Shown here one piece after another: positions 9,282-17,360 of a stretch of 64,000 nt of DNA. The position numbers were made by a program, and so were the translations under genes. Each line of letters begins with the position of its first letter. Within the stretch, counting starts at the first letter, position 1. The stretch is from contig OY843751.1 of assembly GCA_963693055.1 (NCBI GenBank), positions 4,896,001-4,960,000 on the forward strand, given 5' to 3'. Under the pieces are notes generated by a model. It was not told the DNA's origin and did not search any database. It worked only from the letters and a program-made list of their open reading frames with translations. Source of the DNA: a bacterium (GTDB taxonomy: Bacteria > Zhuqueibacterota > Zhuqueibacteria > Residuimicrobiales > Krinioviventaceae).

Positions 9282-9768
9282 ATTTACCCCTTATCTCAAT
9301 TGCCTTCTCAACCCAATCTTCAAGATTCTTTTTTATATAATCATAAACATAGGTACTTGTTGAATAGGGAGGATTATATGATTTCACAATATTTGCCATA
9401 TTTTCACCATCAACTGTGTATGCAGAAAAGGGATTGCTTCCCATTGATGATTGATTTTCATCCCTATCTTTCAAATTGTGGATGTAAATCCCAAGTAATC
9501 CTTTTCCCTCTTCCCATGCTCTCTTAATTTCATATTTAATCCATTTTCTTCCCGCAGTTTTTGAACCGATTAAGACAATAACAACAGATTTACCTTTAAG
9601 CTGTTCATTTATCCATTTCTCTATGTCACCATCTCCCCCCTTCTTAATTGTCTCCCAATCATTATCCGAAACAGGTTTGTTACCTTCTATAACGCCCATA
9701 TTTCTAACTTGAGATGCCCGCCAATTATCGGGGATATAATGAAAACTATAAAACGCTTTTCGTGCCAT
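9274..9768 (-). CDS. thsB: Thoeris ThsB-like TIR protein (DUF1863/MTH538-like)
   Basis: MARKAFYSFHYIPDNWRASQVRNMGVIEGN...DWETIKKGGD...VIVLIGSKTAGRKWIKYEIKRAW...GLLGIYIHNLKD; RBS GGAG before ATG 9768; stop overlaps the next gene's start. Confidence 0.88.
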   Translation of the reverse strand: MARKAFYSFHYIPDNWRASQVRNMGVIEGNKPVSDNDWETIKKGGDGDIEKWINEQLKGKSVVIVLIGSKTAGRKWIKYEIKRAWEEGKGLLGIYIHNLKDRDENQSSMGSNPFSAYTVDGENMANIVKSYNPPYSTSTYVYDYIKKNLEDWVEKAIEIRGKYA

Positions 9769-10057
9769 TATTTTCTCCAAATAATAATTTAATTTATTAA
9801 TTTTAAAAGCAGAAACCCTCAAAGCTTGTAAACTATATATTTAGAAAGCTAAAAGTTTTATATTAGTTATAGCATAAAGCACTTAATATAAGATTTAAAA
9901 TCTTAATAATAATATTAGTCCACCCAAGAATCCCCAAATCATTTTCTATTTACAACTATAATAAACTAATCATTAACAAACAAATCAAGAGAATTTTAAA
10001 TCTTATACAAATTTAATCCTATATTCCTTTAAATCCCATAAATCTTAATTCAGACAA

Positions 10058-10939
10058 TTACTCCGCATGCTCTGCGCGGGTTTGATTGATCAATCCAAAT
10101 ACATCCTGATTAACATCCACATCTTTTTTATAATACAACTCGTTAACAATATCCGGTCCCTCTCTGGTGAAAACCGCAGCATATACATCAAGACTGTTCA
10201 GATCAATATAAACATCTGCAAAGTGGTCACCACAATTGTGGGACTCGCATCCTTTCAGCACCAGAAAACCATCCTGTATCGCTACAGGCATCTGTACACC
10301 AAATGCGGTTTTGAACGCGTCACATTGATCACCCAGGATCTCTTTTAAAGTATCTTCCACCCCTTCTACCTGCGCCAGCACTTGGTTAGGATATTGGGAT
10401 ACATACCCCGCAAGCGTTTCCGCGGTCAAAGCCTCGGATTGGAGTTGAAAAGGATCATCATCGGTTTCCGTCAAAAAACCCTGTACATATTTCCAGCGGG
10501 ACAACACCTGTCCCAGTTCATCACATTCCGCGATTTCAATCACATCACCAGAGCCTTCTACATAACCCTTTGTGATTCGGTAAAACCAGAATTCCAGCTC
10601 TCCCAGCATTTGATATGATGAATCATCGTAAATGCCTATCACCCGTAAAATCGGGGGAAAACAATTGCCGCCCTGGTGTTCTGACATAATGATCACATCT
10701 TCATCGCCATTCACCCCAGGGAAAAAAGCCTCAACCATGCCCATTCCATATTCACCGTCATTGATCTTGTAAACCTCTTGCGAATTGAGTTTAACTAAAA
10801 GATTCATCCCATTGATTTCCGCAATCTCGAATTCCCCACCAATGGTATTGATTTTTACAGAATCCTCAGCATACACAGTGCTTGTATGAGGTATTATCCA
10901 AATCAAAAGAAATATAAAACCCAATCTCCATGCTCTCAT
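10058..10939 (-). CDS. Exported protein with C-terminal Ivy-like (CxxHxC) motif
   Basis: Signal peptide MRAWRLGFIFLLIWIIPHTSTVYA; VLKGCESHNCGDH resembles Ivy CKPHDCG. Confidence 0.5.
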   Translation of the reverse strand: MRAWRLGFIFLLIWIIPHTSTVYAEDSVKINTIGGEFEIAEINGMNLLVKLNSQEVYKINDGEYGMGMVEAFFPGVNGDEDVIIMSEHQGGNCFPPILRVIGIYDDSSYQMLGELEFWFYRITKGYVEGSGDVIEIAECDELGQVLSRWKYVQGFLTETDDDPFQLQSEALTAETLAGYVSQYPNQVLAQVEGVEDTLKEILGDQCDAFKTAFGVQMPVAIQDGFLVLKGCESHNCGDHFADVYIDLNSLDVYAAVFTREGPDIVNELYYKKDVDVNQDVFGLINQTRAEHAE

Positions 10940-11192
10940 GCAAAACTCCGGAAACAGTTGATCATTTTTATAAAGTTACAAAATTAATGGATCAAAAAAC
11001 ATGCCTGTTTTATTAACTTGACGCGAATTGTGATTAAAAGACAAAACGCAAAGTACGCCAAGAGGTCGCCAGGGACGCTGAGGGAAAGCTCATTCTCTGC
11101 GCTCATTTCTAAATTGCTTCCGATGAAAACAACACGACCAATACCATGATAACGAAATCCTGGGCATCATTGAATCCTTTAATCATGGTTCA

Positions 11193-11370
11193 GATCGTGA
11201 CGGAGTTAAGCGTCAGCGGTCTCCGTCACGGGAAACCTTTTTTCTTGAGTGATCCATACTTGCAAAATAATAAACATCTTGCACAACGGAGATCACTACG
11301 TTTATCTCCGTTGCGATCATTTCTTTTTGATAGTGGTAAAGTTAATCTCCAGCGGTCTCCGTCACGGGAA
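11193..11370. repeat. Three GATC-headed hairpin repeats (family B, ACGGAG/CTCCGT stem)
   Basis: 11193-11234 (+) GATCGTGACGGAG-N15-CTCCGTCACGGGAA; about 11282-11318 (-) GATCGCAACGGAGAT-N10-ATCTCCGTTGTG; 11329-11370 (+) degenerate, sharing CAGCGGTCTCCGTCACGGGAA with the first. Confidence 0.8.
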
Positions 11371-11548
11371 TCATGTAATCTTGTTCATCCTTCAATCTTG
11401 GTTATAATCCTCTACTCTAATCCTTTCAATCATGGTTTTAATCAAGGTTTTCATCACGGTCAAAAATAATATCAGGGTCTCTAACTTTTTCCTTGTACTC
11501 TAGTCTGTTTTTTCGTTTCTTTATGAAAAACAATGGAGAGATAAAAAC

Positions 11549-12799
11549 ATGTATTCCTCAGAAATAGCAAGCAAACCCAAACCCTCAAAAGCTTACAGAT
11601 GGACCGTGCTGATTTTTATCAGCATGGCCATGTTTGGCAACTACTATATCTATGACAGCATCAGTCCCCTGGCGGACGTACTCAAAGCGCAGCTCGGTTT
11701 CACAGATAGCAACATCGGGCTTTTAAACGCAATTTACAGTCTGCCAAATATCCTCATGGTACTTATCGGGGGTATTATTATTGATTTGATTGGTACAAAA
11801 AAAGCATCATTTCTGTTTGCTGCCCTCTGTCTCACAGGCGCTATTGTAACAGTGTCTCACGGGTCACTTGCTGTAATGGCCACAGGCAGATTAATTTTCG
11901 GGCTGGGCGCGGAATCGCTCATCGTTGCCGTCACTACAGTTATTGCAAAATGGTTCAAAGGCAAAGAACTGGGATTCGCAATGGGTATAAACCTAACCAT
12001 ATCACGCCTGGCTACCTTTGCAGCGCTCAACTCTCCCACAATTGCCAAACCGCTGTATGTCAATTGGCAGTATCCTCTTTTAATTGCTGTGGGAGCGGGC
12101 GTAATCTCTGTTTTATCCGTCATCATTTATTTCTCTCTTGAATCCAAAGCCACAAAGCTCTATGATCTGGGTGAAGCCGAAGAAGTGGACAAGATCAATC
12201 TCAAGACCGTATTTAAAATGAATCCCTCTTTTTGGTTCATTACTTTATTGTGCGTTACATTCTATTCAGCAATTTTCCCATTCCAGACCTTTGCTGTCAA
12301 GCTGTTCATGGAACAGCATGGTCTCACCCGAGAGTTGGCAGGTTTCACATCCAGCATCATCACATTTGCGTCTATGGTTATGACCCCCTTGTTTGGACTG
12401 CTCATCGACAAAGTCGGCAAACGCGCAAGTTTAATGATGTTTGGCTCAATACTGCTGGTTCCGGTTTATCTGCTGCTGGTCTACACTTCCCTCCCGCCCA
12501 TGGTTCCCATGGCTTTAATGGGCATTGCATTCTCACTCGTACCCGCTGCCATGTGGCCCGCGGTTGCGCTGATTGTAGAATCCAATCGTCTGGGTACGGC
12601 ATATGGACTCATGACCATGATTCAGAATATCGGCTTGTTCGGCTTTAATATGGTTATTGGCTATGCGAATGATCTTTCCAGCGGCTATACTGCGGGAATG
12701 TGGATTTTCTCCATTCTCGGTTTTGCGGGTATGCTGTTCGCGTGGCTGCTGAAACGCGCGGATGAACGACACAATAATGGCGCACTTGAAAATGCCTGA
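11549..12799 (+). CDS. MFS transporter (MFSD1-like)
   Basis: 12-TM pattern; GGIIIDLIGTKK and GLLIDKVGKR motif A; GRLIFGLGAESL; KWFKGKELGFAMG. Confidence 0.9.
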   Translation: MYSSEIASKPKPSKAYRWTVLIFISMAMFGNYYIYDSISPLADVLKAQLGFTDSNIGLLNAIYSLPNILMVLIGGIIIDLIGTKKASFLFAALCLTGAIVTVSHGSLAVMATGRLIFGLGAESLIVAVTTVIAKWFKGKELGFAMGINLTISRLATFAALNSPTIAKPLYVNWQYPLLIAVGAGVISVLSVIIYFSLESKATKLYDLGEAEEVDKINLKTVFKMNPSFWFITLLCVTFYSAIFPFQTFAVKLFMEQHGLTRELAGFTSSIITFASMVMTPLFGLLIDKVGKRASLMMFGSILLVPVYLLLVYTSLPPMVPMALMGIAFSLVPAAMWPAVALIVESNRLGTAYGLMTMIQNIGLFGFNMVIGYANDLSSGYTAGMWIFSILGFAGMLFAWLLKRADERHNNGALENA

Positions 12800-12867
12800 T
12801 TTTTCAGGATTATTTAACGGTTAAATTTGTTGTAAATATGATAATATAAAAACAAACGGGAATACAA

Positions 12868-13281
12868 TTGCCTCTGGTATATGTAACACGAAAAGTGCAT
12901 TTTAATGCAGCCCATCGCCTGCATACAGACAATCTGAGCGAGCAGGATAACGAAAACCTGTACGGGCTGTGCAATAATCTTTATGGCCATGGCCACAATT
13001 ACGAGTTGGAAGTCACCGTTCGCGGTGAACCGGACCCTGTAACCGGCATGGTGATTGATCTCAAAGAGCTCAAAGATATTCTTCAAGAACATGTTGTCAA
13101 GGTCATGGACCATAAACACCTCAATCACGATGTGGAAATCATGCGGGGAATTGTTCCCACTGCTGAGAACATTGCAATTGTGATCTGGCAACAGTTAGCA
13201 GACCATATACCCCGCGGTACATTGTACGAAGTAAAGCTGTATGAAACGCCAAGAAATATGGTAATATACAGAGGAGAATAA
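12868..13281 (+). CDS. 6-pyruvoyl-tetrahydropterin synthase, PTPS-II type (QueD family)
   Basis: [19 protein letters not shown] (Cx5HGH, the animal/BH4-type signature rather than Cx3HGH of QueD), [14 protein letters not shown]. Confidence 0.85.
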   Translation: MPLVYVTRKVHFNAAHRLHTDNLSEQDNENLYGLCNNLYGHGHNYELEVTVRGEPDPVTGMVIDLKELKDILQEHVVKVMDHKHLNHDVEIMRGIVPTAENIAIVIWQQLADHIPRGTLYEVKLYETPRNMVIYRGE

Positions 13282-13285
13282 ACAT

Positions 13286-13849
13286 ATGGCAAAAACAATC
13301 AAAGATTCCGTTCTTGATATTTTGGAAATCATTGGTGAAGATCCTCAGCGGGAAGGGCTGCTCAAAACCCCCAAACGGGTTGAGAAATCTTATGAATACC
13401 TTACTCGCGGTTACAACATGGATATTGACAAAGTCGTTAATGAAGCTATCTTTGAAGAAGATTGTGAAGAAATGGTTGTTGTGCGAAACATTGAATTTTA
13501 CAGCCTTTGCGAACACCACATGCTGCCCTTTTATGGCAAATGCCACGTAGCCTACTTGCCAAAGGGAAAAATCATTGGTTTGAGCAAGATACCAAGAATA
13601 GTTGACATGTATGCACGTCGTTTGCAGGTACAGGAGCGCATGACCCGCCAGATTGCCGAAACCATTCAAAGCATACTAAAGCCGTATGGTGTGGCTGTTA
13701 TCGCTGAAGGCAAGCATCTTTGCATGATGATGCGCGGGGTAGAGAAACAAAACAGTTTTGTTACATCCAGCACCATGCTGGGCGGATTTAAAAATGACCG
13801 GGTAACCCGTATGGAACTGTTGAACCTGCTACAAACAAGGATAGATTGA
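13286..13849 (+). CDS. folE: GTP cyclohydrolase I
   Basis: [51 protein letters not shown]. Confidence 0.97.
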   Translation: MAKTIKDSVLDILEIIGEDPQREGLLKTPKRVEKSYEYLTRGYNMDIDKVVNEAIFEEDCEEMVVVRNIEFYSLCEHHMLPFYGKCHVAYLPKGKIIGLSKIPRIVDMYARRLQVQERMTRQIAETIQSILKPYGVAVIAEGKHLCMMMRGVEKQNSFVTSSTMLGGFKNDRVTRMELLNLLQTRID

Positions 13850-13850
13850 T

Positions 13851-14570
13851 ATGATCTCTAGCACGCTCAAAAAACAAATCGCCTGGATCACCGGCAGCGG
13901 ACGTGGTATTGGTAAAAGTATAGCACAGGAACTGGCGGCAAACGGTGTCAAGGTGGTAGTATCGTCCCGCACCAAAGCAGAAATCGAATCTGTAGCACAA
14001 CAAATTAACGAAAATGGCGGCAGTGCCCTTGCCATCCAATGCGACGTAACACAAAAACAGCAGGTAAAAGAACTCGTAGATCAGGTAAAACAGCAATGGG
14101 GTGATATAGATATTCTCGTCAACAATGCGGGCATTGTCTATTTTGCCAAAATTGTTGATTATGATGAGCAAAAATGGGACGAGTTGATGAATACCAACCT
14201 GAAATCCGCTTTTCTCTGCAGCCAGGCAGTATTGCCAGGTATGATAGCAAAGCAATCGGGGCATATCATCAACGTTGTATCTGTTGCGGGTAAACAGGCG
14301 TTTCCCAACAATGCAGGATATTGCGCGTCAAAGTACGGTATGCTGGGATTCACAGACGTGCTCCGCATGGAAGCCCGCAAGCACAATATCAAAGTTACCG
14401 CATTTCTACCCGGTGCAACGGATACCGAAATCTGGGGAAATGCCAATGTTGACCGATCTAAAATGCTTACTCCCAAACAGACGGCAGAATGTGTACTGGC
14501 TATCTGCGGAAGCCATCCTGATGCACTGCCGGAAGAAGTGGTATTACGGCCCATTGGTGGAGATTTGTAA
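13851..14570 (+). CDS. SDR oxidoreductase, probable Chlorobium-type sepiapterin reductase
   Basis: TGSGRGIG, NNAG, YCASK; SSRT, MNTNLK, PGATDTEIWG and the terminal EEVVLRPIGGDL recall Chlorobium tepidum sepiapterin reductase; directly follows folE. Confidence 0.7.
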   Translation: MISSTLKKQIAWITGSGRGIGKSIAQELAANGVKVVVSSRTKAEIESVAQQINENGGSALAIQCDVTQKQQVKELVDQVKQQWGDIDILVNNAGIVYFAKIVDYDEQKWDELMNTNLKSAFLCSQAVLPGMIAKQSGHIINVVSVAGKQAFPNNAGYCASKYGMLGFTDVLRMEARKHNIKVTAFLPGATDTEIWGNANVDRSKMLTPKQTAECVLAICGSHPDALPEEVVLRPIGGDL

Positions 14571-14585
14571 TATCGGGAGGTTTTT

Positions 14586-15278
14586 ATGCTAAAACTCACA
14601 TTTTTAGGTCATTCCGCGTTTTTGATTGAATCAGACAAGGGCAATCTGATCATTGATCCGTTTCTCAGCAATAATCCTGTTGCTGCAGCCCAGGCGGATG
14701 CAATCAAAGTGGATTATGTACTGCTTACACATGGTCATGGTGACCATTTGGGAGACGGACTAAAAATCGCCAAGGCCAATAATGCAACCATTATCGCACC
14801 CAATGAACTGGCGGTCTATTGTCAAAAAAAAGGATACAATGCTCACCCCATGCATATTGGTGGAGCATTTAATTTTCCATTCGGCCGGGTTAAACTCACC
14901 ATTGCCCACCACGGTTCAGGAACCGATCTGGGTGGTGACGCGTTAACCTATATGGGCAATCCCTGCGGATTTGTTATCACCATCAATGGCAAAACCATTT
15001 ATCATGCAGGTGACACGGGACTTTTTATGGATATGCAGCTCATCGGCAAACTCAACAAGCTGGATATAGCCCTGCTGCCCATTGGTGATAATTTCACCAT
15101 GGGTATTGATGATGCCGTAATAGCAGCAGAATTTTTGAATCCCGGTCTGGTTGTGCCTATGCACTATAATACTTTTGATGTCATCAAGGTAAATCCGAAA
15201 GAATTCAAGCGTAAAATGGAAGCAAAAAACATAAACGTATTAATCATGAATCCCGGAGACGCAACAAGTTTAACTTGA
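14586..15278 (+). CDS. Metal-dependent hydrolase, metallo-beta-lactamase fold (UPF0173)
   Basis: LGHSAF, THGHGDHLGD, YHAGDT, LPIGDNFTMG, PMHYNTF. Confidence 0.92.
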   Translation: MLKLTFLGHSAFLIESDKGNLIIDPFLSNNPVAAAQADAIKVDYVLLTHGHGDHLGDGLKIAKANNATIIAPNELAVYCQKKGYNAHPMHIGGAFNFPFGRVKLTIAHHGSGTDLGGDALTYMGNPCGFVITINGKTIYHAGDTGLFMDMQLIGKLNKLDIALLPIGDNFTMGIDDAVIAAEFLNPGLVVPMHYNTFDVIKVNPKEFKRKMEAKNINVLIMNPGDATSLT

Positions 15279-15327
15279 TAGATTTTCAAGAGTTTAGTAT
15301 ATTTCTTGTTCGCAACATGTGCCATTT

Positions 15328-15344
15328 TTGGTACAAGTATTGCT
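15328..15344 (+). promoter_or_regulatory. Putative sigma54 (-24/-12) promoter
   Basis: TTGGTACAAGTATTGCT: GG-N10-GC spacing, near the TGGCAC-N5-TTGC consensus, intergenic. Confidence 0.55.
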
Positions 15345-15349
15345 ATAGC

Positions 15350-15403
15350 AAGGGTAGCTCGAAAGTGAGATGTCCGCATATTGCTTTCATGCTGCCCTTT
15401 TTT
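15350..15403 (+). terminator. Long hairpin plus U-tract (terminator, attenuator or small RNA)
   Basis: AAGGGTAGC/GCTGCCCTT outer stem, GAAAGTGAGATG-TCCG-CATATTGCTTTC inner stem, then a T6 run. Confidence 0.55.
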
Positions 15404-15434
15404 AACACATGAATTCCCAATACAGGAAAATAAT

Positions 15435-17342
15435 TTGAAAAGGATCCGATTTGTAATACTGTTCACGTTTTTCATTATAACCGGACTGTTTGCAGAAACT
15501 GTCAAATGGGGTGTTCCCATTATGCCGGTCAGCGAGATCAAGCCGGGCATGACAGGCACAGGATACACTGTTTTTTATGGTAACGAGATTGAAGAGTTTG
15601 GATTCAAAGTTATTGAAATTGTAGAAAACTTTTATCCCAAACGTGATCTTGTTCTGGTCGAATTGACCGGAGAAAAAGCCAGAAAAAACGGTGTGGTCAG
15701 TGGTATGAGCGGCAGCCCAACCTACATTGACGGCAAGCTGGTGGGTGCGCTGGCGTTACGCTTTGGCATGTTTATGAAAGATCCCATTGGCGGCATTATG
15801 CCCATAGAACAAATGACTGAAATTGATCAACACGAGTCTGCAAGAGCCCAGGAAACCACAGCATCGGCAGCGCTTTTGCCGGATTACATAGCAACCGCAC
15901 TTTGTGGTGCAGATGATTCATTCTGGCAGCACGTTACCAGCGGTTTTGAACAGACTTTGCCCCAAATGGGTGGTAATTCGCTAACCCAGATAAAGTCACC
16001 ACTGGTCTTTTCGGGGTTCGATTCAAGACTGGTTTCGCAGTTTAGCCCCCAGTTTGAATCTCTTGGCTTTAATGTTGCATCCGGTGGTACAGCCGGCAGC
16101 ACCAAAACCGATGATACCCCCCTGGCTCCCGGCTCTGCGGTGGCGCAAATTTTCATCAATGGAGATATGGGAATAGAATCCACAGGTACTGTAACAACGG
16201 TTCAAGACAATAAAGTTTTAGCATTCGGGCACTATGTTTTCAATCTCGGACCGGTTAACCTGCCAATGGCAAAAGCAAAAATTCTGGCAACCCTGCCCAG
16301 TGAAATGGGTTCAACCAAAATGGCTGCGTCAACAGAAATTGTAGGCGCCTTTCGCCAGGACCGCTTAACCGGTGTTTATGGAGACATGAATATAACCCCG
16401 CGTACCATCCCCATCGATCTGAATTTTGAACAGCTATCCGGAACCAAAACAGACTATCATTTCAATATGGCAGATGATCCGGCGATGAACAATATCATGC
16501 CGCTTTTCCTGCGTATTGCACTGATCCAGTCTCTTACAGCAGGACGTTTATCCGGCAGCCTGAATTCCATGTATATGAACAGTACCATAGAATTTACAGA
16601 TGGGACCCATCTAAAATTAAACGACTTTTTCTCTACCCGCCAGCGCTTTGGTTTTATGGCATCAGGCACAGACGCAAACAGTGCAAGTGACCTCATTGCC
16701 TCAGCATTAGGTGCCTTAATGGTCAATGATTTTGAATCACCCAATATCAAATCCATCAACATCAATACTCGTGAAGTAGCGGGTGAGCGCATTGCCAGAA
16801 TCAAAAACATCTGGCAGAACAAGAATATAGTATCTCCCGGTGATACGCTTACATTTTCAATTGAACTGGAAACAACCAAAAATAAAGATCTCAAAATCCA
16901 GCGTTCATTCCCCATCCCCAAAAATCTGGATGCCCGCAGCTTGACCATTTTAATATCAAGCGGGCCTACATTAAGCAATTATGAGATCCAAACCAATCGC
17001 AATAAATTCATTCCTGTAGACTTTGCGCACATGGTATCGATCATTGAAAACAGAAGAATGAATGATCATCTGTATCTGCAAATACAAATGCAAGACAAGG
17101 GATTAATGCTGGAAGGTGAAGAACTGACAGCATTGCCGCCATCGGTAATGGATATAATGAGCACAATTAAAACAAACGGTTCAAGCCAAAACACCGGCAA
17201 CCGGATTTTGCATGAAGAATCTATACAAACAGATTATGTTATTGCCGGAGCTAAACGGCTGGTTGTTACAATCAAACAACCGCCAAAAGCAACATATCCG
17301 GACCCCGATGAAGAGCAGCCAGCACAACCGACTTACTGGTAA
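15435..17342 (+). CDS. Exported SpoIVB peptidase S55 domain protein
   Basis: IKPGMTGTGYTVF, GVVSGMSGSPTYIDGKLVGAL, VLAFGH; TTG start with AGGA RBS and signal peptide. Confidence 0.85.
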   Translation: MKRIRFVILFTFFIITGLFAETVKWGVPIMPVSEIKPGMTGTGYTVFYGNEIEEFGFKVIEIVENFYPKRDLVLVELTGEKARKNGVVSGMSGSPTYIDGKLVGALALRFGMFMKDPIGGIMPIEQMTEIDQHESARAQETTASAALLPDYIATALCGADDSFWQHVTSGFEQTLPQMGGNSLTQIKSPLVFSGFDSRLVSQFSPQFESLGFNVASGGTAGSTKTDDTPLAPGSAVAQIFINGDMGIESTGTVTTVQDNKVLAFGHYVFNLGPVNLPMAKAKILATLPSEMGSTKMAASTEIVGAFRQDRLTGVYGDMNITPRTIPIDLNFEQLSGTKTDYHFNMADDPAMNNIMPLFLRIALIQSLTAGRLSGSLNSMYMNSTIEFTDGTHLKLNDFFSTRQRFGFMASGTDANSASDLIASALGALMVNDFESPNIKSININTREVAGERIARIKNIWQNKNIVSPGDTLTFSIELETTKNKDLKIQRSFPIPKNLDARSLTILISSGPTLSNYEIQTNRNKFIPVDFAHMVSIIENRRMNDHLYLQIQMQDKGLMLEGEELTALPPSVMDIMSTIKTNGSSQNTGNRILHEESIQTDYVIAGAKRLVVTIKQPPKATYPDPDEEQPAQPTYW

Positions 17343-17360
17343 ACAAAAAAGGAATACTGA

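Noticed and set aside
7587-9768. Canonical type I or II Thoeris
   Set aside because: The effector has no SIR2 or TM-macro domain.
11146-11469. 107-aa ORF
   Set aside because: Lies entirely over hairpin and short-period repeats; likely spurious.
6420-11540. Integron cassette array or prophage
   Set aside because: No integrase, no convincing attC sites and no phage structural genes.
12868-13281. queD for queuosine synthesis
   Set aside because: The motif is Cx5HGH, no queC/E/F is nearby, and the context favours biopterin synthesis (not fully excluded).
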